From Chloracidobacterium sp. (GTDB taxonomy: Bacteria > Acidobacteriota > Blastocatellia > Pyrinomonadales > Pyrinomonadaceae), in contig JAYSON010000065.1 of NCBI GenBank assembly GCA_043722725.1, positions 1-47,881 of the forward strand: a DNA stretch of 47,881 nucleotides, given 5' to 3'. The position numbers and the translations under genes were made by a program. The notes beneath the pieces were generated by a model, which saw nothing but the letters and a program-made list of their open reading frames with translations, did no database searches and was not told the DNA's origin. Shown here one piece after another: positions 9,202-17,873 of this stretch (within the stretch, counting starts at the first letter, position 1; every line of letters starts with the position of its first letter).

Positions 9202-9282
9202 AGCGGAGCCAAAACGGTGGGATCAGCCGTTATCAGTATCAGTTTTCAGTTATTTCGGAGAGTTTTCCTATAGTAATTCACG

Positions 9283-9918
9283 ATGACGAAAACGGAGCTG
9301 CGCCAAGTTCATCTAGCCCGACAACAAGCTCTTTCACCTATTGAAAGAGACGAAAAAAGCCGCCGGATCGCACAACACTTTTTCGAAAGTGTTGACCTGT
9401 CAAACACGAGGGTTCTGCACTGTTTCATCCCGATCGATAAATTTAACGAGGTCGACACGTCGCTTATAATCCATGCTGTTCGGAAAGGTTCTCTAAACAC
9501 TCGGATCGTAGTACCGCGTATTAATTTCAAAGGTGCTGAGATGGAAAGCCTTATTTACCCGGTCAAAACCGAACTTATCGAAAACAAATGGGGTATCCGT
9601 GAACCGGTCAGCGGCGAAGCGGTTAAACCCACAACGATCGACATGATCCTCGTTCCGGGACTTGCATTCGATCGGGCCGGCCACCGCGTCGGGTACGGCA
9701 AAGGTTTTTACGACAGATTTCTAAAAACGTGTAGAGATGATTGTGTGAAGATAGGTCTCAGCTATTTCGAGCCGGTCGATGAGATCGCGGAGGCTCACGA
9801 AGGCGACGCGGCACTCGATTTTTGCGTCACCCCGGAGGGAATTTTCAACGCAAAGACGCGGAGACGTAGAGAAGAAAGCAATGAGATTCATCCCCAGATA
9901 AACACAGAGGAACACTGA
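9283..9918 (+). CDS. 5-formyltetrahydrofolate cyclo-ligase (MTHFS)
   Basis: ILVPGLAFDRAGHRVGYGKGFYDRFL is the family signature. The last ~20 codons run into an intergenic hairpin, so the C-terminal tail is probably read-through of non-coding repeat DNA. Confidence 0.88.
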   Translation: MTKTELRQVHLARQQALSPIERDEKSRRIAQHFFESVDLSNTRVLHCFIPIDKFNEVDTSLIIHAVRKGSLNTRIVVPRINFKGAEMESLIYPVKTELIENKWGIREPVSGEAVKPTTIDMILVPGLAFDRAGHRVGYGKGFYDRFLKTCRDDCVKIGLSYFEPVDEIAEAHEGDAALDFCVTPEGIFNAKTRRRREESNEIHPQINTEEH

Positions 9919-9958
9919 TGGATCGGAGATCTTTATCGATGCGTGTCCATCTGTGGTT
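9901..9958. repeat. Imperfect inverted repeat (AACACAGAGGAACAC ... GTGTCCATCTGTGGTT) between convergent MTHFS and mscL
   Basis: Arms at 9901-9915 and 9943-9958, with 11 of 13 core positions complementary. The loop contains GATCGGAGATC and ATCGAT palindromes. A CATCTCT word duplication follows (9965-9989). Confidence 0.6.
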
Positions 9959-10001
9959 AAAAAACATCTCTCTGAGTCGCACGCATCTCTGCGTTTAAAT
10001 C

Positions 10002-10421
10002 TTACTTAGCCTTAAGCAGATCGCGGATCTCCGTCAGCAAAACCGCTTCGTCGGTCGGTGGTGTAGCGGCTACCATTCCCTTGAACAATTTCACTGCGTA
10101 TCGGGCCAAAAAGAACATGCTGACCGCTACGATCAGAAATGTGATGATGTCGTTAACGAATTGTCCGTACATCACCAACGGTTTCCCGCCCTTTATGGCG
10201 GCTTCGATCTGTTCCGGTGTAGCGTTTGCCGGTATCGTACCGCTGAGATCGTAAAATTTCGACTTGAAATCGATCCCGCCGGTCGCCAATCCGACGAACG
10301 GCATGATAATCCCGTCCGTAAATGTTTTGACTATTGCGCCGAATGCGGCACCAAGTATGACCGCGATCGCCAGATCGAGCACATTACCCCGCGCTATGAA
10401 AGCTTTGAAATCATTAAGCAT
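10002..10421 (-). CDS. mscL: Large-conductance mechanosensitive channel MscL
   Basis: 139 aa. MLNDFKAFIARGNVLDLAIAVILGAAFGAIV is the canonical MscL N-terminus/TM1. Confidence 0.95.
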   Translation of the reverse strand: MLNDFKAFIARGNVLDLAIAVILGAAFGAIVKTFTDGIIMPFVGLATGGIDFKSKFYDLSGTIPANATPEQIEAAIKGGKPLVMYGQFVNDIITFLIVAVSMFFLARYAVKLFKGMVAATPPTDEAVLLTEIRDLLKAK

Positions 10422-10524
10422 TACATTAATTCTCCGTGCTGTGTGTAATTCAATTTGGCTTGAGGCGTAGCCGCTGCAATTCAGAAAGCTTTGATAACCG
10501 AGAGCACACGTTTGTCATTCTCGC

Positions 10525-10556
10525 AAAACAAAAAAAGGCGAAATGCTCCGCCTTTT
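10525..10556 (-). terminator. Rho-independent terminator downstream of the bactofilin gene
   Basis: On the minus strand: AAAAGGCG-gagcattt-CGCCTTTT hairpin followed by TTTTTTTGTTTT, 30 nt after the stop codon. Confidence 0.75.
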
Positions 10557-10584
10557 ATCGATCACACTTAATTTGGTTCCAACG

Positions 10585-11244
10585 CTAAACGGTCGCCGCT
10601 TCTGTTTTATCCTCGGCCTCTTCGTCTTCTTCCTCGCTTTCTGCGCTGAGGAGAAAATCGTCTGTTTCCACCGGTTCAATTTTCTCGGCTTCGTAACGTG
10701 CAATTTCAGCTGCTGTGTATTGAGCCTCTGCCTCCGTCTCCTGCTTTTCTACAATTTCGCGTGCCTTCATCATCGTGCAGCCGCCTTCTAAAACCGCGCC
10801 GTCTTCGATCGTCAGACGCGGTGTCTGGATATTGCCGATAACCTTCGCGGTTCTTCCGAGCTGGATCTTCTCAGTAGCCGAAATATCGCCGTTGACCGTA
10901 CCGTTTATCATCGCCGCCGACACGCTGACGTTTGCATCGACCTTACCGTTTGTGCCGACGATCAGTGTTCCCGATTCTGACGAAACGGTGCCGACGAGAT
11001 GCCCGTCAACCCGCAGCATTGCCTGAAAAACCGTCTCGCCGGTGAGCATTGTGCCGTGGCCCACGAAGCCGCTTAACCGCCCTTCTTTGATATCCCGTGC
11101 CATCGACTCGCTGTCGGTTACGGCGCGTGAATTAGAAGCGGTATCGCTGGAATACTGATATGTCGGAGTCGGATCCGAAGTTTGACTCTGGTAGTTCGTA
11201 TCGTTTGTCTGTTCCGGTTTGGAACCTCTTCCCATTCTAATCAT
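10585..11244 (-). CDS. Bactofilin (polymer-forming cytoskeletal protein) with disordered N-terminus and highly acidic C-terminal tail
   Basis: The core GTMLTGETVFQAMLRVDGHLVGTVSSESGTLIVGTNGKVDANVSVSAAMINGTVNGDISATEKIQLGRTAKVIGNIQTPRLTIEDGAVLEG is a typical bactofilin beta-helix repeat. Confidence 0.88.
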   Translation of the reverse strand: MIRMGRGSKPEQTNDTNYQSQTSDPTPTYQYSSDTASNSRAVTDSESMARDIKEGRLSGFVGHGTMLTGETVFQAMLRVDGHLVGTVSSESGTLIVGTNGKVDANVSVSAAMINGTVNGDISATEKIQLGRTAKVIGNIQTPRLTIEDGAVLEGGCTMMKAREIVEKQETEAEAQYTAAEIARYEAEKIEPVETDDFLLSAESEEEDEEAEDKTEAATV

Positions 11245-11425
11245 AGCTTTAAAACTCCTTTGAAATCCTTAGATTGTGGGCGGCAGTCTAAACACGTGAG
11301 GGCTTGAAAATTGATTCTGAAATCGTTTGCCTGAGAAATTATCGTAAAATGTTTTCTACCTAACAATAATAAATGAGTTCTACCCACACTGTCTAGCTTT
11401 TTCTTGAAGGGTTGTTAAATTCCGT

Positions 11426-12364
11426 GTGCCGTGTCAGACTCTTAGGTTTCGGAGGCTGTGGAAAAAATTGTTCGCGGAAAGTAAAACAAAGGCAAAGCTG
11501 CTCAAGAAAATGGGCAATGCGATCGCCGATTTTTCGATGATCGAAGATGGCGACAAGATAATGGTGTGCCTTTCAGGCGGAAAGGACAGCTATACGCTCC
11601 TCGACCTTCTGTTGGATGTTCAGCGGCGTTCGCCCGTCAAATTCGAGCTTTTTGCGGTCAACCTCGATCAAAAGCAGCCCGATTTCCCCGAAGAAGTTTT
11701 GCCAGCTTATCTTCAAAGCGTCGGCGTAAATTACCGCATTGTCGAAGAAGATACGTATTCGATCGTCACGGAGCATATTCCCGAGGGCAAAACCTATTGC
11801 TCCCTTTGTTCACGCCTTCGTCGCGGAATTCTTTACACAACGGCTTTGGCAGAGGGCTGCACGAAGATTGCTTTGGGCCATCATGCCGATGACATTATCA
11901 ACACGTTTCTTCTTAACCTATTCTACGTCGGCCAACTAAAAGCGATGCCGCCCATTCTGCGAAACGATGCCGGCAACAACACGATCATCCGCCCGCTTGC
12001 ATATTGCCAGGAAAAAGAGATCACCAAATACGCCGAGGAACGCCAGTTCCCGATCATCCCTTGCAATCTTTGTGGTTCGCAGCCAAACCTGAAACGCGCC
12101 CGCGTAAAACGTCTGATCAACGAGCTCGAAAAGGAGACGCCTTTCATACGCAGTTCGATAATGACGGCACTGACCAACGTCACCGGCTCGCATCTGCTCG
12201 ACAATAAGCTTTACGATTTTCGCAATTTCGCGCCGCTCATTAAGCGAATCCCCGCCGGCCACGGCAGCGTTGAGAAAGAACTCGACGCCGTTTTTGACCA
12301 CAGCGAACCAGTATTTGTGCCGGACCTGATGTCAGCCGCGGGCTTAGAAACAGCTACAAATTAG
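11426..12364 (+). CDS. ttcA: tRNA 2-thiocytidine(32) synthetase TtcA
   Basis: [19 protein letters not shown]-loop plus the [10 protein letters not shown] and PCNLCGSQ cysteine motifs. The start is uncertain: GTG 11426, in-frame TTG 11468 downstream of GGAGG, or ATG 11510. Confidence 0.9.
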   Translation: MPCQTLRFRRLWKKLFAESKTKAKLLKKMGNAIADFSMIEDGDKIMVCLSGGKDSYTLLDLLLDVQRRSPVKFELFAVNLDQKQPDFPEEVLPAYLQSVGVNYRIVEEDTYSIVTEHIPEGKTYCSLCSRLRRGILYTTALAEGCTKIALGHHADDIINTFLLNLFYVGQLKAMPPILRNDAGNNTIIRPLAYCQEKEITKYAEERQFPIIPCNLCGSQPNLKRARVKRLINELEKETPFIRSSIMTALTNVTGSHLLDNKLYDFRNFAPLIKRIPAGHGSVEKELDAVFDHSEPVFVPDLMSAAGLETATN

Positions 12365-12678
12365 TAGTCACGTTAGTTAAAGGAGAGGGTGCAGGGTAAA
12401 GCCGCCCTGCTCGCCCCGGGAATTTATCTAAACCGACATCTTAGACCTCAACTTGAATTCAAATTGGTTAGCAGAGACAAACTAATTTATTTTTCAGGTT
12501 CCGAAGGCGAGTTTGCCCGCTCTTACTTCTTTCCTTACTTCCACCCGCAAAAATGTGTTCATTCTGATTGCTCTCCGGAATTTGATATAAATCCCAGTTC
12601 GATCGTCAAAAACCGATAAGTTTATCTTCTCGAATCGCCTTTTTCGTTCTACAATCGTTTGATTTACTGGAGGAAGCT

Positions 12679-13218
12679 ATGCGAAAGGTAATATTCGGCG
12701 GAGCGAACAGCCTTGACAATTTTATTGCCCGCGAAGACGGCGCGGTCGATTGGCTCTTGTGGAGCGACGAGGTCACCGAAATAATAAAGGACTTTTGGCC
12801 GCGTTTCGATTGCATAGTCATGGGCCGTAAAACCTACGATTTTGCAATGCAAAGCGCACCCAAAGGAAAGTACGCAAAGAACCCGTACGGGGAGATAAAA
12901 ACATACGTGTTTTCGCGAACATTAAAACCCGGCGAACAAAACGGCGTAGAAATCGTAGCGGAAGATCCAGGCGAATTTGTTCGCAAGCTGAAGAAACAAA
13001 AAGGAAAGGACATCTGCATCATGGGCGGCGGCGAACTTGCGCTGGCGCTTTTCGAAGCCGGAGTCATCGATGAGATCGGGTTCAATATTCACCCTGTTCT
13101 GCTCGGCTCGGGAATTCCGCTATTCCATAAAATGAAGCGACAAATCGACCTCGAACTGCTCGAATGCCGCCCCATGAAAACCGGCTGTGTGTATGTTTCG
13201 TATAAAATAAAAAAATGA
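12679..13218 (+). CDS. Dihydrofolate reductase-like protein (RibD C-terminal domain family)
   Basis: 179 aa with a GGAGGAAG RBS. Motifs MRKVIFGGANSLDNFIAREDGAVDWL ... MGRKTYDF ... IMGGGELA ... IHPVLLGSGIPLF match the RibD_C/YwjB-type pattern. Confidence 0.8.
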   Translation: MRKVIFGGANSLDNFIAREDGAVDWLLWSDEVTEIIKDFWPRFDCIVMGRKTYDFAMQSAPKGKYAKNPYGEIKTYVFSRTLKPGEQNGVEIVAEDPGEFVRKLKKQKGKDICIMGGGELALALFEAGVIDEIGFNIHPVLLGSGIPLFHKMKRQIDLELLECRPMKTGCVYVSYKIKK

Positions 13219-13514
13219 TAGAAGAATTCAAAGGCATTCTATTCGGGGGTCATAAGGAAGATGCGGTTGAAGTTCCGTTTGATCCCGCACGGAAATGGGA
13301 GATTCCTTCCCAAAAGCTACGAGAAGGACGAAACGGCCATTTTGTAAAGGGAACAATTAACGGCATTCAATTTGAGAGCGCCATCGTGCCGCGTATGAGA
13401 AAGTCCTTTTTGCTGATCGATAACGACGTGAAAGCAGCTGCGAAGAGCGCCACTGGCGATACGGTCAAAGTTGCAATTGAGCCATTGGCTGCATCGTCGT
13501 TACTCAAGCAATAG
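13215..13514 (+). CDS. DUF1905-family small protein
   Basis: 99 aa with an ATGA overlap with the upstream gene. The pattern VKGTINGIQFESAIVPRMRKSFLLIDNDVKAAAKSATGDTVKVAIEP is typical of DUF1905. Confidence 0.6.
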   Translation: MIEEFKGILFGGHKEDAVEVPFDPARKWEIPSQKLREGRNGHFVKGTINGIQFESAIVPRMRKSFLLIDNDVKAAAKSATGDTVKVAIEPLAASSLLKQ

Positions 13515-15044
13515 ATCAATCGAAGATTCTTCCGTAGTAAGTTGCGTTATTTTTACACCAAAGCCCATCAGCATAAAAAAGACCATCGCCACTTCCTGAT
13601 CGCCGAGGTTGTAATGCACCAAACCGCTTGCGAAAAAGCCGATCATGCCGCCGAGACCGCCGAGCAGGATGCCGCGATAGCGCCAATCACCCGCCTCGTT
13701 TAGCTTTATCCCTTTCCACAAGGTACGTGCGTAAATTCCCAAAACTATCAACCAAATTAACAATGCCGACAGTCCTCTTTCGACCAGAAGTTGTATCGGC
13801 GTCGAATGAAAATGCCCCATCGGCAAATATCCGCCGTCAAAAAGCCCCCACTCCTGCCAATACTTTTGGATCGAATCCATTCCGACTCCAACGATCAAAT
13901 GCCGCGGACTTTCCGACCACAACCGAATTCCGTCCCGCCACATCGTATCGCGGTATTTGATCGACTCGTCTTTGGCGTCAAAGAATCCTACCTCACGGCT
14001 TTGCTGGAGAAATAACAAACCAATAATTGCGACCGGAACCGCTATCAATGCCGCCCGCCAAATCCATTTTCTCCCCAACCCGACGATCACGATCGCGCCG
14101 GCCGAGATCATAAACGCAAGCTGCGAGGCACGCGTGACCGTTAATAGGAGAGCCAGACATATCGCGATGAGACAAGCGGAAAGGATCGCAACCACCTTCC
14201 CGCGTCGCGGCACGGTAGCGAAAGCCGCAACCAGCAAACCAAATATTAGCGATGCGATAAGCTGCAAAACCTCTGCATAGGTCGTGTAATGCCCGTAAAA
14301 ACCGCTCGAACGCCAGTTTTTGCTTTTCTTCCAGTTCTCGATCCCAAGTTTTTCAAGCGCGGTTGCTCCCGGCAAAATATCGGCGCGTTTTACATCGACC
14401 GTAAACTCAAAATCCGGCCGGTAAGATTTGATCTTTGTGACCTCGTTTTGCTCGATCCGGGCCGCAAATTCTTCGGGACTGTATAGCTTTTTCCCATCGG
14501 CGGTCAGTAGCGTGTCGCCCTCCCAGAGCAGGGCTTTCGCCAGCGGGCTGTCAGGCCTCAGCCCGTGAATCTCGACACCGCGGCCGATCAAACGCTGCAC
14601 CGGCATCCAAACGACGTTTACCAGGCATGAAAAGATCAGCATGAACGCCGCAAAATAGATCGCCCGCAGATTTGGCAGGTTGTAAATTACAAAGTAAATG
14701 ATCAGAAAAAGAGCCGTTCCGCGCAGCCTGTCGATCGACGTAGCCGGATCGTATGAAGCAAGCGACGATATGACCGACCACGCAAAGAATCCCCACAGGG
14801 CGAAGTCCAATGCCCCGAACTTGAGCTTCACCCGCGGACGGAAAAACAGCCTGACGACCCACACAAACATTCCCGTTATCCAGGCCGTTTGCGTTGCCGC
14901 GATCGAATGCGGAGCCGAAACGAGCATCAAAACGAGAAAAAAGAAGGCAATGCGATCGAGCCATTTGACTATCCGATTCGCATTTCCAATTCCTGCAAGT
15001 TCGTCCAACCGGTCGAAAAATTTCTCCATAAATGCGACTATCAT
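13500..15044 (-). CDS. O-antigen ligase / Wzy_C-like polytopic membrane protein carrying an internal PDZ-like domain
   Basis: More than 10 predicted TM helices. It has a WaaL/Wzy-like loop (WRSSGFYGHYTTYAEV) and a late GMDS...GHFHSTPIQLLVERG motif. The soluble insert GVEIHGLRPDSPLAKALLWEGDTLLTADGKKLYSPEEFAARIEQ resembles a PDZ core. The start was moved from 15119 to ATG 15044 (or 15029) because the first 25 track codons are encoded by an intergenic palindrome. Confidence 0.7.
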   Translation of the reverse strand: MIVAFMEKFFDRLDELAGIGNANRIVKWLDRIAFFFLVLMLVSAPHSIAATQTAWITGMFVWVVRLFFRPRVKLKFGALDFALWGFFAWSVISSLASYDPATSIDRLRGTALFLIIYFVIYNLPNLRAIYFAAFMLIFSCLVNVVWMPVQRLIGRGVEIHGLRPDSPLAKALLWEGDTLLTADGKKLYSPEEFAARIEQNEVTKIKSYRPDFEFTVDVKRADILPGATALEKLGIENWKKSKNWRSSGFYGHYTTYAEVLQLIASLIFGLLVAAFATVPRRGKVVAILSACLIAICLALLLTVTRASQLAFMISAGAIVIVGLGRKWIWRAALIAVPVAIIGLLFLQQSREVGFFDAKDESIKYRDTMWRDGIRLWSESPRHLIVGVGMDSIQKYWQEWGLFDGGYLPMGHFHSTPIQLLVERGLSALLIWLIVLGIYARTLWKGIKLNEAGDWRYRGILLGGLGGMIGFFASGLVHYNLGDQEVAMVFFMLMGFGVKITQLTTEESSIDLLLE

Positions 15045-15072
15045 ATCAGTTACGGCGAGAAATTTTGTGCCG

Positions 15073-15155
15073 CTCCGTGTCTTCCTTTGTGTACTTTGTG
15101 TGAACGCTTTGTTCAACACAAAGTACGCAAACGTTTCTCACGAAAAACACGGAGA
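15073..15155. repeat. 83-nt imperfect palindrome in the divergent promoter region between the Wzy-like gene and the esterase gene
   Basis: The outer arms CTCCGTGT (15073-15080) and ACACGGAG (15148-15155) are perfect. The inner arms GTACTTTGTGTGAAC (15091-15105) and GTTCAACACAAAGTAC (15111-15126) carry one bulge, with a 5-nt loop. Confidence 0.8.
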
Positions 15156-15172
15156 AACAGATTAGGTATTAT

Positions 15173-15853
15173 ATGCCCGAAGAAACTTTGCTGACCGATT
15201 TGACTCTCACGGCCGAGATCAAGCTCTATTACGACCTTTACGTACCCGAAAACGCTAAGGCAAACGCGCCGCTTCTCATCGCCGTCCACGGCTACGGCGC
15301 CCATAAGCGTTACATGATGCGCGAGGCGCGTGCCGTCGCACCCGCAGACTGGGTGATCGCATCCGTCCAGGGCCCGCACGAGCATTTTCGCCAGACCGGC
15401 GACGGCTACCGGATCGGTTTCGGCTGGTTGACCGACCACAAACCCGCCGAATCCGTCGCACTGCACCACAAATTTTTGCTCGATGTGATCGAAAAGCTTT
15501 CAAACGACGGGACGATCGACCGCAGGCGGGTCTATCTCTACGGCTTCTCCCAAGCCTGCGCCCTAAATTTCCGCTTCGCCTTCACACACCCCGACGCAAT
15601 GCGCGGCATCGTCGGCGTCTGCGGCGGCATCCCCGGCGACCTCGAAACAAACCCGATATACAAACCGTTCGACGCCGAAACGTTTTATTTATACGGCGAT
15701 GACGATGAGTTCTACACGCAGGAAAAGCTCACTGGATTCGAGCAGAAGCTGCGTCATCGCCTGCCTAATTTCCAGTCAAAGCAGTACGCCGCAAAGCACG
15801 AAATAACCGAAGAAATGCGCGCCGACATCAGAAAATTCCTGGCGGAGCGATAA
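15173..15853 (+). CDS. Alpha/beta-hydrolase, phospholipase/carboxylesterase-type
   Basis: 226 aa. HG oxyanion-hole region (LLIAVHGYGAH), nucleophile elbow GFSQA, and an overall length typical of small serine esterases. Confidence 0.7.
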   Translation: MPEETLLTDLTLTAEIKLYYDLYVPENAKANAPLLIAVHGYGAHKRYMMREARAVAPADWVIASVQGPHEHFRQTGDGYRIGFGWLTDHKPAESVALHHKFLLDVIEKLSNDGTIDRRRVYLYGFSQACALNFRFAFTHPDAMRGIVGVCGGIPGDLETNPIYKPFDAETFYLYGDDDEFYTQEKLTGFEQKLRHRLPNFQSKQYAAKHEITEEMRADIRKFLAER

Positions 15854-15892
15854 GCATTCATATATGATTCAGAAGGGCATTTAAGAATATAT

Positions 15893-16897
15893 ATGAAGTA
15901 CTTACGTTTACTTTTTGCGGCTATTCTTTTCGCATTCATTTCCACCCAGGCATCCGCTCAGCAAAGCGAGCGCGACCGCGGGATTAAACTGTATCAAAAC
16001 GGTAACGATGTCGAAGCTGTGTCGGTCCTTTCAACGGTCAGTAAGCAAAAAGAATTTGCTTCCGACGCCGAGGTTTTGAACTATCTCGGCCTCGCATATC
16101 TTAATACGGACGATAGCAAGAAAGCGCGAAAGACACTTGAAAAGGCGGTAAAACTCCAGCCGCAAAATAGCCTCTATCGTTCGAATCTCGCGTATGTGTA
16201 TTTGTTCGTTCGACAGATCAACAAATCGCAAGATCAGGCTGAAAAAGCCCTGCAGATCGATCCATCGAACGTTTTTGCCTACTACGTCATGGGAACGGGT
16301 GAGTTGTGGGAAGGAAAACTGGATAATACTTTATCGACTGCCGAGAAAATGTCCAGCATCGATGCAACATTCCCGCAAGCCTATATGCTAAAGTCCGACG
16401 TGTTTATCGCCAAACTCGGAAAACGACTTGCGGGCGGTTCGACGGTCAAGCAGGAAATCGACCTTTTAAGACAATCGGTTGATGCTTTGGAAACCGGCGT
16501 CAAGAATTCGCAACCAAACGCAAACCGGAAGGAGATCGAGGAAAAGCTGGAAGGTATGAAGGTCTTTTATGCGCACTACAGTAAAGACCGCACTTTAACT
16601 CCCGGCGTGCCCCCAGTTCCCGAGCCCGGCGTGACGCCAATGAAAATCATGAGAAAACCCCGGGCAAGTTACACTGACAACGCGAGGCAGGCCGGCAAGA
16701 GTGGAACAGTGCGGTTGGCCGTCCTGCTTGGGGCCAACGGTAAGATCCAGTATATTCTTAAGCTTTTGGGAATCGGTTACGGCCTTGACGAGCAGGCAGT
16801 TCGGGCGGCGAGACAAATTGTGTTTGAGCCCAAGATGAAAGACGGCATACCCATTTCAACCGTCGTTATAATTGAATACACCTTCAGCATCTACTAA
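15893..16897 (+). CDS. Secreted TPR-repeat protein with C-terminal TonB_C domain
   Basis: Signal peptide MKYLRLLFAAILFAFISTQASA. TPR units (LNYLGLAYLNTDDSKKARKTLEKAVKLQP ...). The C-terminus PRASYTDNARQAGKSGTVRLAVLLGANGKI...FEPKMKDGIPISTVVIIEYTFSIY matches the TonB C-terminal fold pattern. Confidence 0.75.
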   Translation: MKYLRLLFAAILFAFISTQASAQQSERDRGIKLYQNGNDVEAVSVLSTVSKQKEFASDAEVLNYLGLAYLNTDDSKKARKTLEKAVKLQPQNSLYRSNLAYVYLFVRQINKSQDQAEKALQIDPSNVFAYYVMGTGELWEGKLDNTLSTAEKMSSIDATFPQAYMLKSDVFIAKLGKRLAGGSTVKQEIDLLRQSVDALETGVKNSQPNANRKEIEEKLEGMKVFYAHYSKDRTLTPGVPPVPEPGVTPMKIMRKPRASYTDNARQAGKSGTVRLAVLLGANGKIQYILKLLGIGYGLDEQAVRAARQIVFEPKMKDGIPISTVVIIEYTFSIY

Positions 16898-17835
16898 CGG
16901 CCGACCTTCACCTTCCTGATCTCAACCTTTCCTTCGAGAGCAGCAGGCAGTATGAGGCGCGGTGTTAAAATGTCCGGATCGTAGCCGATCTCCACACGCA
17001 AATCATCTGGCCGAACGTTATTTAACAACGATTTTGCACCAAAAAGAATGACGACCGCTTTTTTTCGCGTTTCGGCCTTCAACGGATCTTTGACCTGAGC
17101 GAGGAAGGTCTTTTCGATCCGTTTTTCACCGATTCGGAATGCCACATCAACGGCTGTATCGAGCAGCGTTGCCTTCGGGTTCGAAACATTTACCGACACC
17201 TGTTTCGCCGTAAAATCGGCACCTTTATTTGTAAGATCGATCTTGTCGGTAGTTACGGACGTCAGCGATTTGATATAGCTCGCTGGACCGCGAACGCGTA
17301 TCTTCTGCGGCGTAATCGTTTCGCTGTAAATCTCAAGACCGTCCGGAACTTCGCCGTCGGTCACCGCATTTACCGCGACCTCTTTTTCTTCAACAGGTTC
17401 AAGCTTTACGGCGATCCGGCGCGGTTGAATTTCATCTAGCTTAATGCCGGTCGGGAGCGAGATCGACACATTCTCCGGCGTGAGTTGAATGACACGATCT
17501 CCTGGCTGCACATCGGTCAGGTCAAGCGAGATGATAAGGTCGTTTTTGTTTATTTGGTCGATCTTGCGTTTGTCGCCGCTGATGACGATATCGACTTCCT
17601 GTATCGGAGAATTCGTTACTTCGGTATTGTTCGAAAACCGCAGCGTAAGCGGAATGCCGCTCATTCGCTGCTGCGTAGGCTTGCTCAACCCCGTAACGCC
17701 AACCCACAGCGCAAACGTAATCACGAGCGCGACGAGCTTCATCAGCCAGTCTTCGAGAAAGACCTTTCGGAGAATATTTTTTAAATACCGCCTGTATTGC
17801 TGTCTCTCAACATAATTTTCAGAATCAGACGACAT
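16894..17835 (-). CDS. cdaR: CdaR (YbbR-domain regulator of diadenylate cyclase CdaA)
   Basis: Lies immediately downstream of cdaA. It has one N-terminal TM helix followed by repeated YbbR-like beta units. The start was moved from 17877 to ATG 17835 (MSSDSEN) because the first 14 track codons are a tandem repeat in the cdaA-cdaR spacer. Confidence 0.8.
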   Translation of the reverse strand: MSSDSENYVERQQYRRYLKNILRKVFLEDWLMKLVALVITFALWVGVTGLSKPTQQRMSGIPLTLRFSNNTEVTNSPIQEVDIVISGDKRKIDQINKNDLIISLDLTDVQPGDRVIQLTPENVSISLPTGIKLDEIQPRRIAVKLEPVEEKEVAVNAVTDGEVPDGLEIYSETITPQKIRVRGPASYIKSLTSVTTDKIDLTNKGADFTAKQVSVNVSNPKATLLDTAVDVAFRIGEKRIEKTFLAQVKDPLKAETRKKAVVILFGAKSLLNNVRPDDLRVEIGYDPDILTPRLILPAALEGKVEIRKVKVGR

Positions 17836-17843
17836 AATCCTAA

Positions 17844-17871
17844 AACTTTGAACCCTGAACTTTGAACCCCA
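17844..17871. repeat. Tandem 14-bp duplication AACTTTGAACCC(TG/CA) in the cdaA-cdaR spacer
   Basis: Copies at 17844-17857 and 17858-17871, read directly from the sequence. Confidence 0.85.
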
Positions 17872-17873
17872 GA

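Noticed and set aside
8868-9212. 114-aa minus-strand ORF overlapping the toxin gene end and the small lysine-rich ORF
   Set aside because: It overlaps the well-supported RelE/ParE-like toxin gene antisense and has no RBS or recognisable domain.
12389-12619. 76-aa ORF (GTG start) in the ttcA-to-DHFR-like spacer
   Set aside because: Its start lies inside a GCAGGG-N8-CCCTGC hairpin that more likely ends the ttcA transcript. The composition is non-coding-like and there are no motifs.
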